A DNA stretch of 64,000 nucleotides from Selenomonadaceae bacterium (lineage in GTDB: Bacteria; Bacillota; Clostridia; Oscillospirales; CAG-272), in contig CAVBUH010000047.1 in the NCBI GenBank assembly GCA_963598415.1, forward strand, positions 140,024 to 204,023, given 5' to 3'. The position numbers were made by a program, and so were the translations under genes. How positions within the stretch are numbered: position 1 is the stretch's first letter; every line of letters begins with the position of its first letter. The notes under the pieces are model-generated. The model saw only the letters and a list, made by a program, of their open reading frames with translations. It did no database searches and had not been told where the DNA came from. Shown here in pieces: positions 46,792 to 57,082 of the stretch.

Positions 46792-48045
46792 TCAGGAATA
46801 TTTAAGCAAGCCTTTGGCAACCGGATCCACCATTTTACCGTTATTATTTATTACAAGCATATTTTTAACAAGGGGATTCGTCGTCGAGCCGTTAATCCGG
46901 ACTTCAAAATGAAGATGATATCCGGAAGAGTTTCCCGTAGAACCAATCTTTGCTATAACCTGCCCCCGTTCTACCTTATCTCCTGCTTTAACAAGGAGTT
47001 TGCTGCAATGCGCATAAAGTGTTGCTTTATTTCCGCCGTGGTCAATCAGTATGTAGTATCCGTAGCTGCTGTTATACAAAGCCTTAAGTACTTTCCCGTC
47101 ATTCGCCGCATAAATATTAGAACCGTACTTAGCGGGGATATCGACTCCGAGATGAAAATCCTTTTCTCCCCAAAGTATTCGCCAGCCGTATTTGGAACTG
47201 ATCGTTCTGTAGTTACTGTCAACCGGCCACAACAGCGCTCCCTTGGCTTCCGCAATCTGCTGCTCCTCGTATTCCTTGAGCAGCTTTTTCAGTTCATCAT
47301 CCAGCGCCGCATCCTTCTTGGCTGCGTCCTGCTGCGCTTTCTTGGCAGCCGCTTCATCCTTCTCAAGCTGTGCAATCAGCTTCTCTGCCGCCTGAAGCTT
47401 TTCTGAGAGCTGATTCTGTGACTCGTTCTGATAAGCGCCCAATTCCTCATACTCATTCTTCTTCTGAGAAAGGGAGCTTTTCAGAGCGTCGAGATCGCTG
47501 ACCTCCTGTTCAAGCTCATCCATCAACGTCTGTTCATAAGTCAGCACAGAACCTAAATTGTCAACTCTTGTTATAAAATCAATTAAATTCTCAGAGCTTA
47601 CAAGCAGTTCAAGATAATTTTGAGTTCCGTCTTCATATGATATGCGGAGACGCTCTAAAAAATCATTATATTTCTGCGATATTTGATTTTCCCTATCAGC
47701 TATTTGAATCTCCTTATCCTTTATAAGAACTTCATACTTCTCTATAAGCTCCGCCGTATCATCAATATTGGATTGTATATAGTGAATCTGCTGATCAAGC
47801 TGCTCCTTTTCCGCAGTAGCGTTTTCGATATCCTTTCCCAACGAATCAATTTTCGCCTCATATTCAGCGATTTTCTTTTCGTTTGCCGAAATTTTATCCT
47901 TCACCGCCTGTATATCTGCCTCAGTTATTTTTGCTGCCCCCGACTCTAAAGTATTGAAAGGAAAATACACAGCCATCATTATTACAACCGCAGAAAAAAT
48001 GACAGCGACAGCAATAAACCTGCCCGTTTTTTTGATCAAGTTCAT
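46792..48045 (-). CDS. M23 family metallopeptidase with long coiled-coil N-domain (EnvC/PcsB-like FtsEX partner candidate)
   Basis: 417 aa. A signal/TM segment is followed by a heptad-rich region of about 230 aa. The C-terminal LytM motifs are HLGVDI and GSTGNSSGYHLHFE. Confidence 0.75.
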   Translation of the reverse strand: MNLIKKTGRFIAVAVIFSAVVIMMAVYFPFNTLESGAAKITEADIQAVKDKISANEKKIAEYEAKIDSLGKDIENATAEKEQLDQQIHYIQSNIDDTAELIEKYEVLIKDKEIQIADRENQISQKYNDFLERLRISYEDGTQNYLELLVSSENLIDFITRVDNLGSVLTYEQTLMDELEQEVSDLDALKSSLSQKKNEYEELGAYQNESQNQLSEKLQAAEKLIAQLEKDEAAAKKAQQDAAKKDAALDDELKKLLKEYEEQQIAEAKGALLWPVDSNYRTISSKYGWRILWGEKDFHLGVDIPAKYGSNIYAANDGKVLKALYNSSYGYYILIDHGGNKATLYAHCSKLLVKAGDKVERGQVIAKIGSTGNSSGYHLHFEVRINGSTTNPLVKNMLVINNNGKMVDPVAKGLLKYS

Positions 48046-48057
48046 AATGCCTCTCCT

Positions 48058-49479
48058 TTATGCTTTCAGATATTTTCTTATTGAAATCACACTTCCGATA
48101 AGTCCGGTTATCACACCGATTACGACGCAGCCGACAAACATAACCAGCTTGAGATTATCAAACGGCAGTATAGAAATCATCTGGATTTCATTCATTATCA
48201 TCTTCTGCACATAACCGTACATATACCATTGTACAAAGAAAGCGGCTATTCCCGAGAAAAGTCCGATAATGGCACCTTCAAGCTCAAACGGAAGCGCAAT
48301 AAACCATTTTGTAGCGCCTACATACCGCATAATGGTGATTTCCTTACTTCTTCCCACCACAGCAAGCTTTACGGTATTAATAATTACAAAGATACTTACA
48401 ACAAAAAGTATCACCATAAACCATGTAAAAATCAGAATAATCCCGCTTTTAAGACTTTCAATATTCTCTGCAATATCCGCCCGGCATCTGGTTTTATAAA
48501 TACCTTCGATATTATCAAGCTGAAGCTGCAAAGCGGAAACCGACGAATTATCTTTATAGGTAATAATAAACGAATCAGGATAAGGATTATCGCCTTCTTC
48601 AAGCGTCGCAAGAAGGCTCGGATAGTCCTTCAGCTTTTCTTTTTCCGATTCAAGCGTTTCTTCCTTTGAAACAAATTCAATTCCATTTTCCGATATATTG
48701 TCAAGTCCTTCAAGCTGTTTCCTGATTCTGTCAAGGCGCACCCCGCTGTCTGTCGGCATATCGGAAACCTCAGCACCATTGGCGTCATAAACAAGCTTAT
48801 AGGTTGCAAAGGTCTGCTTTTCACTCCAAACGGCATAGAAAGTGATCACACCTCCTTTAGCATCTTCGGAGGAAACCGTATATTCCGCATTGGAAAGATA
48901 CTCCGCCTCCTCCGAATCGGGGGATAGCGACCAGCCGAGAAACTCTATCGTGCTGTATCTTGCCGTAAGCGCGTCAGCGAGGGAAAGAGCATCCCCTTCC
49001 TGATAGGAATCCGGGTTTTCGGGAAGACTTCCTTCTATATTCAGTCCGGAAGCATTATACTTGATCTTATATCCGTCGGAAACGGATTTTTCTTCCCATA
49101 TCGCATACATCGTTATCACGCCGCTGACAGCGTCCTCGGGATTGATCTTATAAGTTTTACCGGCGCCGTAATCCGCAGCTTCAGCATCGGGATTAACAGA
49201 CCAGCCAAGAAATGTTTTCCCCTCGGACTTTATTGCCGGCGCAAGCACTGCTTCGGCTTCGGCTTCATACGGCTCATCCGTATCAGCAAACGCAACAATT
49301 TCATTGAGATCTCCGAGCGATTCAAGATTATGATCGATATTGATCACAAGCATAGAAAAGCAGCCCATAACAATCAGACAGGAGAGAAGCACCGTTACCG
49401 ATGCAAGCGTCATCATTCCGTTACGCCATAAGCCTTTAAAAGCCTGAGAGAAGAAATAAGAAATTTTATACCTGCGCAT
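48058..49479 (-). CDS. ftsX: cell division permease-like protein FtsX with an enlarged extracellular domain
   Basis: 473 aa. TM1 is followed by an extracellular region and then a C-terminal 3-TM FtsX core (RYVGATKWFI). The extracellular region contains at least two F-L-G-W-S...YA-(I/V)-W repeats. Confidence 0.8.
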   Translation of the reverse strand: MRRYKISYFFSQAFKGLWRNGMMTLASVTVLLSCLIVMGCFSMLVINIDHNLESLGDLNEIVAFADTDEPYEAEAEAVLAPAIKSEGKTFLGWSVNPDAEAADYGAGKTYKINPEDAVSGVITMYAIWEEKSVSDGYKIKYNASGLNIEGSLPENPDSYQEGDALSLADALTARYSTIEFLGWSLSPDSEEAEYLSNAEYTVSSEDAKGGVITFYAVWSEKQTFATYKLVYDANGAEVSDMPTDSGVRLDRIRKQLEGLDNISENGIEFVSKEETLESEKEKLKDYPSLLATLEEGDNPYPDSFIITYKDNSSVSALQLQLDNIEGIYKTRCRADIAENIESLKSGIILIFTWFMVILFVVSIFVIINTVKLAVVGRSKEITIMRYVGATKWFIALPFELEGAIIGLFSGIAAFFVQWYMYGYVQKMIMNEIQMISILPFDNLKLVMFVGCVVIGVITGLIGSVISIRKYLKA

Positions 49480-50152
49480 TGAACATACCTCCTACCCTGT
49501 CGCTTACGACAACACCGTTGTCGATTGTAACAACTCTCTGTTGGAAGTAGTCTACAAGCTGCTTTTCATGCGTCACAACGATTACAGTCTTGTTTTTTCT
49601 GTGTATTTTTATCAGCAGATTCATGATCTCAAGACTGAGCTTAGGATCGATATTTCCGGTAGGCTCGTCCGCAATGATGGTGGATGGATTATTGGCAAGC
49701 GCTCTGGCAAGTGCAACGCGCTGCTGCTCTCCTCCGGAAAGCTGAGACGGAAAACAGTTGGCTTTATCCTGAAGCCCCACAATATTGAGAATGGAAGGAA
49801 CCCTGCGTTTTATTGTTCTTTTCGATTCACCTATAATCTGCATGGCAAAAGCAACGTTTTCAAAAACCGTCATATCGGGAAGAAGTCTAAAATCCTGAAA
49901 TACAACGCCTATTTGACGGCGATAATAAGGAATTTTACGATTGGGCATCTTGACCAGATCAAATTCATTTACGGTAAGCTGACCCTCTGTAATGGATTCT
50001 TCTCTTGTCAGAAGCTTGGTTAAAGTTGACTTTCCTGCGCCCGAGGCACCTACGATGAAGACAAATTCACCGTCATCTATCTTTAAATCTATGCCGTTCA
50101 GCGCTTCCGTCCCGTTCGGATAGACTTTTTTTACATTTTTAAATTCAATCAT
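49466..50152 (-). CDS. ftsE: cell division ATP-binding protein FtsE
   Basis: 228 aa. It has Walker A GASGAGKST, the signature LSGGEQQRVALARA and Walker B IIADEPTGNID. It overlaps ftsX. Confidence 0.9.
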   Translation of the reverse strand: MIEFKNVKKVYPNGTEALNGIDLKIDDGEFVFIVGASGAGKSTLTKLLTREESITEGQLTVNEFDLVKMPNRKIPYYRRQIGVVFQDFRLLPDMTVFENVAFAMQIIGESKRTIKRRVPSILNIVGLQDKANCFPSQLSGGEQQRVALARALANNPSTIIADEPTGNIDPKLSLEIMNLLIKIHRKNKTVIVVTHEKQLVDYFQQRVVTIDNGVVVSDRVGGMFNAQV

Positions 50153-50323
50153 TTATATAACCGCTTGCTTTCTTATGCTCCGAGAAAGGAGCAGAGTATT
50201 TTCGGATAAAACGGAATTAACCCAGCAATTAAAAGCATCGAAAAAGGTTAAAGCATGCTGTTTTCAACCGCTAAAAAGTACCATTAATCGCTGTCTTACA
50301 TTGATAAACAGTTCTATTGTCAA

Positions 50324-50363
50324 GCAAAAACCGGAGCAGCGGCTTTTGACAGCCGCTCCTCCG
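50324..50363 (-). terminator. rho-independent terminator after the CdaR-like gene
   Basis: On the minus strand: CGGAGGAGCGGCT-(6 nt)-AGCCGCTGCTCCG followed by GTTTTTGC. Confidence 0.6.
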
Positions 50364-50391
50364 AATTTATGAGTCGCAAACAGTGAGGTTA

Positions 50392-51477
50392 TCAGAATTT
50401 TACCGGCTTTGAGGTCAGATATTTTTTTACCATAAGCGCCACCTTGAAGGTTATCGCATGTTCAAACTCACGAAGATCAAGTCCGGTAAGCTTACGAACC
50501 TTTTCAAGCCTGTACACAAGAGTATTCCGATGTACAAAAAGCTTACGGGAGGTTTCGGAAACATTAAGATTATTCTCGAAAAAGCACTGAATGGTAAGCA
50601 GTGTTTCTCTATCGAGAGATTCAAGACTTCCCTTCTTAAAGACCTCCGAAAGAAACATTTCACACAGTGTTGTCGGAAGCTGATAAATCAATCTGCCAAT
50701 TCCGAGATTTTCATAGCTGATAATATTCTTTTCGGTATCGAAAACCTTCCCGACCTCAATCGCAACCTGTGCTTCCTTATAGGAACGCGCCAGATCCTTT
50801 ATACTTTCAACAGCGGTTCCTATACCGATCGAGACCTTGGTATAGAACTCGGTTCCGAAAGTATCGGAAATCGACTGTGCTATCTTTTCAATCGCCTTGG
50901 TGTCGTAGTTTGGCTTTACCTCTTTTACGAGCACAATATCATTTTCACCGACGCTTATAACATAATCCTTGTTCTTATCGGGGAACATATTCTGCACCAT
51001 CTGATAAGGAATGATTTCGTTCTTTCCGACGAACTTGATGAGCATAACGATGCGCATAACATCGTTGCTGAAATGAAGCTCTTTCGATTTCAGATAAATA
51101 TCGCTCGGAAGAATATTATCAAGAATCACGTTTTTGATAAAGGACGCCTTATCGTATTTATCATCGTAAAGTCCTTTAATGCTGTTAAGAGAAATCGAAA
51201 GTATCGAGGCAAGCCGCTCTGCCTGCTTGTCCTCCCCCTCAACGAACACAATATACTCCGCCTTTGTGCCCGATCCGATCGGCTTGTATGTATAGCCTGC
51301 CGACATAACCGTCTCCGAGGTATAGGAAAGCTCGTCTCTGATTCCCTGACGGGTACCTCCTATTTTTGCAAGATCGCTGCAAGAAATAATGATACCGTTT
51401 TCATCAATAACTCCGATAACGCGGTCTACCGCGTCCTTCATCTGATGAATAATTCCCTGAAATAATCTATTGGACAT
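50392..51477 (-). CDS. PucR/CdaR family transcriptional regulator
   Basis: 361 aa. The C-terminal HTH NVSETSRKLFVHRNTLVYRLEKVRKLTGLDL is typical of the PucR C-terminal domain. Confidence 0.75.
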   Translation of the reverse strand: MSNRLFQGIIHQMKDAVDRVIGVIDENGIIISCSDLAKIGGTRQGIRDELSYTSETVMSAGYTYKPIGSGTKAEYIVFVEGEDKQAERLASILSISLNSIKGLYDDKYDKASFIKNVILDNILPSDIYLKSKELHFSNDVMRIVMLIKFVGKNEIIPYQMVQNMFPDKNKDYVISVGENDIVLVKEVKPNYDTKAIEKIAQSISDTFGTEFYTKVSIGIGTAVESIKDLARSYKEAQVAIEVGKVFDTEKNIISYENLGIGRLIYQLPTTLCEMFLSEVFKKGSLESLDRETLLTIQCFFENNLNVSETSRKLFVHRNTLVYRLEKVRKLTGLDLREFEHAITFKVALMVKKYLTSKPVKF

Positions 51478-51508
51478 AATTCTGACCTCCGAATTTTTTT
51501 AACAAATA

Positions 51509-52240
51509 TTAATCAGTAAGCTCTCTGCAAAGAGAGATACAGGCGAGTACAAACCCGGATGCTGTTTCGCATCTAAGTATTCTCGGTCCGAGTCCGACGA
51601 CGGTCAGACCGTTTGACTCCGCAAAAGAAATCTCCTCCTGCGAAAATCCGCCTTCCGCGCCGACAACTATAGATATACAATCCGACGCATCCTGTTTCAG
51701 AACACTTCCGAGCATCCGCGAGCGTTCGTTTTCGTAACAAAACAAGGAAAGAGCATCCTCCGAAGCTTCTTTTATCGCCCGTTCATAAGACACAGGCGGC
51801 AACACCTTCGGAACAACGCTTCTTCCGCACTGTTTTGCAGCCTCAAGCGCAATACGGTTCCACCGTTCGAGCTTCTTGGCGGTATCACCGACTTTAGCTA
51901 TACAAAATCTGCTTTCAAACGGCGTAACCGAGTACACTCCGCATTCAACCGCCTTCTGAATTATCACCTCAAGCTTATCCCCCTTGGGAAGAGCCTGAAA
52001 GAGTCTGATACGGCAGGGCGATTCCGAAGACGCCTGTAAAACGCTTTCAATCCGCGCAAACACATTACCCTCGGCAAAACCGACAATAATGCAAAGATAT
52101 GTTTCCCCCTCTGACGAAGAAACGCAGATTTTTTCTCCTTTCTTCATCCGTAAAGAAAAGGAGATATGGCGTGCGTCCGTTCCGGTTATAACAACCGTAC
52201 TATTCGAAATTGCATCGGAAGAGACAAAAAACTTGTGCAT
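51509..52240 (-). CDS. rsmE: 16S rRNA (uracil1498-N3)-methyltransferase RsmE
   Basis: MHKFFVSSDAI start, an RLFQALPKGDKLE motif and a C-terminal GAEGGFSQEE...LGPRILRCETA knot motif. I prefer the ATG at 52240. Confidence 0.8.
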   Translation of the reverse strand: MHKFFVSSDAISNSTVVITGTDARHISFSLRMKKGEKICVSSSEGETYLCIIVGFAEGNVFARIESVLQASSESPCRIRLFQALPKGDKLEVIIQKAVECGVYSVTPFESRFCIAKVGDTAKKLERWNRIALEAAKQCGRSVVPKVLPPVSYERAIKEASEDALSLFCYENERSRMLGSVLKQDASDCISIVVGAEGGFSQEEISFAESNGLTVVGLGPRILRCETASGFVLACISLCRELTD

Positions 52241-52456
52241 ATAGCCGAAATATCCTAAAAAAAGATAAATTGTTACGCTTTTTTCGAAAAAGCGCGCCAT
52301 TTTCTCAAATGTTCTTATATATCATACATTATTTTTGCTGATTTGTCAATATTTTTTTATTAAATTTTGTAAAAAACAATGAATCGGTTATCAGTATTAC
52401 ACAAAATACAAAGTTGTTTTTTATAAGCATTAGCTCAAAGCCAAAGGGAACAGAAA

Positions 52457-53089
52457 TCAGGAAATCAATCTTTTCAACCATCCTTTATTCTCGGTTTTTC
52501 GGTAGAAACCTCTACCGGTAAAGATGTCTTTTGTTATACCGCAGATTCCGATATTTCTGTATTTCCCCTTTATAAGCATATACTGCCTAAAAATTCCCTC
52601 AAGTGCCATTCCGCATTTACGCATCACATGGAGACTCCGCTCATTTCCTTCGATAAAATGTGCTTCTACACGATTCATGCCCAACTCCGAAAAAGCGAAT
52701 TCCGTTACAGCCATAACCGCCTCCGAAGCATATCCGTTTCCCCAATATGCCGGATTCAGAACATATCCGATTTCCGTTCTCCTATTATCAACGTCAAAGC
52801 TCGTATATCCGCAGGTACCAATCATCTTTCCGGTCTCGGTGATAACCACAGCCCAATCAAAAAACTCTCCGCGCTTATAGCTGGTCTGAACCGCTTCAAG
52901 ATACCGGTAAGTTTGATCCTGATTCAGATGCGGACTCCAGAGAAGATATTCTGTCACCGTCTGCTGGCTTGCATATTCATACATATCCCTGTAATCGGAG
53001 GGCAATAATTTTCTTAATGTCAGCCGTTCGGTTTGAATCGTCGGTATTCTTGAAAAAATCCTGCAAAGACGGCTCTTTGAAATTTCCAT
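52457..53089 (-). CDS. GNAT family N-acetyltransferase (RimJ/RimL-like)
   Basis: It has TERLTLRKL near the N-terminus, WGNGYASEA and an NERSLHVMRKCGM pattern. I prefer the ATG at 53089. Confidence 0.7.
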   Translation of the reverse strand: MEISKSRLCRIFSRIPTIQTERLTLRKLLPSDYRDMYEYASQQTVTEYLLWSPHLNQDQTYRYLEAVQTSYKRGEFFDWAVVITETGKMIGTCGYTSFDVDNRRTEIGYVLNPAYWGNGYASEAVMAVTEFAFSELGMNRVEAHFIEGNERSLHVMRKCGMALEGIFRQYMLIKGKYRNIGICGITKDIFTGRGFYRKTENKGWLKRLIS

Positions 53090-53316
53090 TCGCTTTTTCT
53101 CCCATACCCGGTAAACGGATTCTATTATCCTATATTTTACAGTTTTTCGCATCAAAAGTCAATAGAAAAGCACCTCATTACGGTGAAAAAACGCAAAAGC
53201 GCTTCGTTATCAACCGGCATCACTTGTAACAATCGGAGCATCTCTGCATAACTTAGTAAATGGAAAGAATTTTTCCTCAAAGAAACATTCATAACGAAAG
53301 AAAGGAATATAAAAAT

Positions 53317-53571
53317 ATGACAGGCAGCATGTCGTCAATGAAAAAGGGAGAATACGGAAAAATAAAGGAACTGAACAATTCGGGAGATATACGAAGAAGA
53401 TTAATGGATATCGGCTTCATCGCCGGATCACCGGTAGTGTGTATAGGAAAAAGCCCTCTCGGGGATCCTACCGCATATCTGATAAAAGGAGCGGTCATAG
53501 CGCTTCGAGCGGAGGATTCATCCGAAATAATGATAGAATACGATTCTGAAAGGAACATACAGGCAGTATAA
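53317..53571 (+). CDS. feoA: ferrous iron transport protein FeoA
   Basis: It is a small SH3-like protein (MKKGEYGKIKELNNSGDIRRRLMDIGFIAGSPV) directly upstream of and overlapping feoB. Confidence 0.8.
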   Translation: MTGSMSSMKKGEYGKIKELNNSGDIRRRLMDIGFIAGSPVVCIGKSPLGDPTAYLIKGAVIALRAEDSSEIMIEYDSERNIQAV

Positions 53572-55676
53572 TGGGACTCAGCAGAACATCAACAGGCAGA
53601 GGGGCGTCGGAATCTGACGCCTCTGCCGTAAAAACCAACGAAAAAGACAGAATAGTGGCTCTTGCCGGAAATCCCAACGTCGGTAAAAGCACCGTTTTTA
53701 ACAGTCTTACCGGAATGAAGCAGCACACCGGGAATTGGACAGGAAAAACGGTTACCAGCGCCATCGGAAAATGCAAAAGCGAACTGCGCACCTATATATT
53801 CGCTGATCTGCCCGGATGCTATTCACTCAGCGCGCGGTCAGCAGAGGAAGAGGTAGCAAGAGATTATATATATTTCGGCAATTCCGACAGAATAGCCGTC
53901 GTGTGCGACGCCTCCTGTCTTGAACGCAATTTTTTTCTTGTCATACAAATACTTGAAGTCTGCGAAAATGCGGCTGTCTGTATCAATCTGATAGACGAAG
54001 CCGAAAAAAAGGGACTCATAATTGATGAGAAAGCCCTCTCCGAACAAATCGGCGTACCGGTTGCAGCAATGAGCGCAAGAAAAGGAAAAGAGGCGCGCCG
54101 TCTGCTTCCGGCGCTTGAAGCGGAAGGCGCGTCAAAAATTGAAGTTAAGTACAAAAACTACATAGAAAACTATATAACCGACGCCTCCGCGCTTCTTTGC
54201 GGCAACGGCGTAACAAGAAGGCAGGCAAGAGTATTCGCACTCCGAATACTTGACAGCGACAACGCTTTTGTTTCAAAGCTTGCCGATAAATACAATATCG
54301 GTTCAGAGGAATATAAAGCGATCGAGCAGCTCGCCAAACAGCTTAAAGCAACCCACTGCAAAGAAAATTCCGATGCTGTAAATGATGATATCGCAGAAGC
54401 CATATCATCCGCCGCCTCCCGTGCAGTAGCGGGAACAGTCCGAAAAAAAGGCGTAAAGAGAAACGAAAGAGACCGAAAGATCGACAAATTACTCATAGGC
54501 AGAGTTACCGGTTTTCCGATCATGCTGTTAATGCTTTTAGCCATACTATGGCTGACCGTACAGGGAGCAAACTATCCTTCAGAACTTCTGTCACGGTTAT
54601 TCGCGGCGATAGAAGCCGGAGCAAATATGCTGCTCGTAAAAATCGGTGCCACCCCTCTCCTGACCGGTCTGATTTGCGAAGGGATCATACGAGTCGTCGG
54701 TTGGGTTATATCCGTCATGCTTCCCCCTATGGCAATTTTCTTTCCTCTGTTTACGATACTTGAAGATATGGGATATCTTCCGAGAGTTGCCTTCAATCTT
54801 GATCGATGCTTCAAAAAGTGCTCTGCCTGCGGAAAACAGGCGCTCACGATGTGTATGGGCTTCGGATGCAATGCCGCCGGCGTTGTCGGCTGCCGCATAA
54901 TCGATTCTCCGCGGGAAAGATTAATCGCCATTTTAACAAACAGCTTCATGCCGTGTAACGGGCGTTTTCCGATGCTGATTGCCATTATAACGATGTTTTT
55001 CGCCGCATCGTCGGGTATTGTATCGGCGGCTGTGCTTACAGCAATCATCATAATAAGCGTTTTGATTACGCTGCTTGTATCAAAGCTCCTCTCTATAACC
55101 GTTCTCAAAGGGGTTCCCTCTTCTTTTACCCTTGAGCTTCCTCCCTACCGAACACCTCAATTCGGAAAGGTACTGGTCCGATCAATATTCGACCGCACTC
55201 TCTTTGTTCTCGGAAGAGCAGTTGCCGTCGCCGCTCCCACAGGTCTTGTGATATGGCTGCTCGCAAACGTAACCGTCGGCAGCGGAACATTGCTTTCCGC
55301 GCTTTCTGGTTTTCTAAATCCCCTCGGACAGTTGATGGGACTTGACGGCGTTATACTACTTGCATTCCTTCTCGGAATGCCCGCCAATGAAATTGTTATA
55401 CCTATTATCATGATGTGCTATATGGCAAACGGGACTCTTGTCGGATACAGTTCGCTTTCTGAATTGAAAAGTCTTCTTGTCGATAATGGATGGACGCTTG
55501 TAACAGCAATTAATATGATAATTTTCACGGTATTCCATTGGCCGTGCTCCACTACTATCCTGACGATAAAAAAAGAAAGCGGAAGTTGGGCTCATACCGC
55601 TGCGGCAATAGCCATTCCCACCATAATCGGCATTACGCTTTGTATTCTCATAAATATGATTTCCCGGATATTCTGA
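53571..55676 (+). CDS. feoB: ferrous iron transporter FeoB
   Basis: 701 aa. The N-terminal G-domain has GNPNVGKST and DLPG. A polytopic membrane domain with gate motifs follows. Confidence 0.9.
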   Translation: MGLSRTSTGRGASESDASAVKTNEKDRIVALAGNPNVGKSTVFNSLTGMKQHTGNWTGKTVTSAIGKCKSELRTYIFADLPGCYSLSARSAEEEVARDYIYFGNSDRIAVVCDASCLERNFFLVIQILEVCENAAVCINLIDEAEKKGLIIDEKALSEQIGVPVAAMSARKGKEARRLLPALEAEGASKIEVKYKNYIENYITDASALLCGNGVTRRQARVFALRILDSDNAFVSKLADKYNIGSEEYKAIEQLAKQLKATHCKENSDAVNDDIAEAISSAASRAVAGTVRKKGVKRNERDRKIDKLLIGRVTGFPIMLLMLLAILWLTVQGANYPSELLSRLFAAIEAGANMLLVKIGATPLLTGLICEGIIRVVGWVISVMLPPMAIFFPLFTILEDMGYLPRVAFNLDRCFKKCSACGKQALTMCMGFGCNAAGVVGCRIIDSPRERLIAILTNSFMPCNGRFPMLIAIITMFFAASSGIVSAAVLTAIIIISVLITLLVSKLLSITVLKGVPSSFTLELPPYRTPQFGKVLVRSIFDRTLFVLGRAVAVAAPTGLVIWLLANVTVGSGTLLSALSGFLNPLGQLMGLDGVILLAFLLGMPANEIVIPIIMMCYMANGTLVGYSSLSELKSLLVDNGWTLVTAINMIIFTVFHWPCSTTILTIKKESGSWAHTAAAIAIPTIIGITLCILINMISRIF

Positions 55677-55717
55677 GCGGAATATTGACGGATAAAGCGT
55701 TGCCTCATTCCCCGCTT

Positions 55718-56698
55718 TTATTCTCTCACTTCATTTCGGCACTTTCCTGTCTCAAAAAATTCAATGATATTTCTCGCCGTTGTCTCTGCAATACTCCTCA
55801 GCGCTTCATCGGTCAGAAACGCCTGATGAGAAGTCACAATCACATTAGGCATTGAAATCAGTGAAGTAAGGAGTTCGTCTCTGATCAGCTTATCAGACAG
55901 ATCCTCATAGAAAAACTCCGTTTCCTCCTCATATACATCAAGGCAGGCTCCTCCGAGTCTGCCGCTTTTTATTCCTTCCAAGAGCGCCGCACTATCAATC
56001 AGTCCGCCGCGGGAAGTATTAATAATAATGGCGCCCGGCTTCATCTCAGAGATTGTTTTTTCATTTATCATATGACGCGACTGTTCCGTCAAAGGGCAAT
56101 GAAGGGATATAATATCGCTTTGAGAAAGCAGTTCACCGACAGGAAGATACCTTAAACCCGAAGAAAAATCGGGGAACGGATCGTATGCCGTCACATTCAT
56201 ACCAAATCCCGAAGCTACAGAAGCAAATTCTCTGCCGATTTTTCCCGTCCCGATCACGCCGGCGGTTTTCCCTTTCAGTCCGATTCCGGTAAGTCCGTTC
56301 AGGCTAAAATTGAATTCTCTCGTTCTGAGGTATGCTCTATGTGTCTTTCTGCAAAGAGTCAACAACAGTGCAAAAGCGTGTTCGGCAACCGCCGAAGGAG
56401 AATACGCCGGAACACGTACAACCGTAAGTCTTCCCCTTGCCGCGGCAAGATCTACGTTATTGAATCCGGCGCATCTCAGTGCCGCAAAATGTATGTCGAG
56501 AGAACAAAGCTTCTCTATCACGGCAGCATCAAGCGTGTCGTTCACAAATATAACCACACCGTCGCTGCCATGAGCAAGAGTACAGGTATCCAAAGAGAGT
56601 TTTGTTTCATAATACCGATATTCAATCCCAAACCGTTTTCCGGCTTCATCAAATCCGGGAATATCGTAAGGCTTTGTATCAAAAACCGAAAAAATCAT
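55718..56698 (-). CDS. D-isomer specific 2-hydroxyacid dehydrogenase (D-lactate dehydrogenase-like)
   Basis: 326 aa. It has the NAD-binding motif GVIGTGKIGREF, and the catalytic-region residues R (INTSRG), E and H (VTSHQAF). Confidence 0.8.
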   Translation of the reverse strand: MIFSVFDTKPYDIPGFDEAGKRFGIEYRYYETKLSLDTCTLAHGSDGVVIFVNDTLDAAVIEKLCSLDIHFAALRCAGFNNVDLAAARGRLTVVRVPAYSPSAVAEHAFALLLTLCRKTHRAYLRTREFNFSLNGLTGIGLKGKTAGVIGTGKIGREFASVASGFGMNVTAYDPFPDFSSGLRYLPVGELLSQSDIISLHCPLTEQSRHMINEKTISEMKPGAIIINTSRGGLIDSAALLEGIKSGRLGGACLDVYEEETEFFYEDLSDKLIRDELLTSLISMPNVIVTSHQAFLTDEALRSIAETTARNIIEFFETGKCRNEVRE

Positions 56699-56763
56699 TT
56701 CCGTTACCGCACCTCTTCATAAAGCATTCCTTATTCTTTCAGAAAACTTCTGAAATATCCTGC

Positions 56764-56930
56764 TTAAGGCAATACCGCACAATGTGCTCCGCCAGATTTT
56801 TTGTCAGACAATACAAATTGAGGAGGCAAGAGCGACTCCTCTGCCAATGAAATTGGTAAAGTATGACGGAAAAGAGGCAAGCATATGCGCAATAAAGGTG
56901 TTAGCTTTGCACCCGGCGGTATTGTCTTAA
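56764..56930 (-). mobile_element. family-A MITE-like repeat
   Basis: It runs TTAAGGCAATACCGCACAATGTGCTCCGCC ... CCCGGCGGTATTGTCTTAA and carries a short internal deletion in the left arm relative to other copies. Confidence 0.8.
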
Positions 56931-57082
56931 ATTTTCATGCAATGATTGTTTTTCAAACGGGATTATCCCGATCTGCGAAACAACGGAAAGGAGACCGGGA
57001 CGAATGGAATATGCAAATATTGAATAAATCCGTGTATAAAAACAAAGGGCTGTCATGAAACGACATAACAGCCCCTGCTGAT

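Noticed and set aside
50458-51465. Long antisense ORFs lie opposite real genes. They are 50458-51465 (+, 335 aa), 43394-44098 (+, 234 aa), 58891-59574 (-, 227 aa), 16661-17278 (-, 205 aa), 54572-55108 (-, 178 aa), 13120-13635 (-, 171 aa) and 388-705 (+).
   Set aside because: In each case the opposite strand encodes a protein with clear family motifs (CdaR, LysS, DUF4432, O-antigen ligase, FeoB, TrmD, GH2). The antisense products are low-complexity or Arg/Cys/Phe-rich, with no recognisable motifs.
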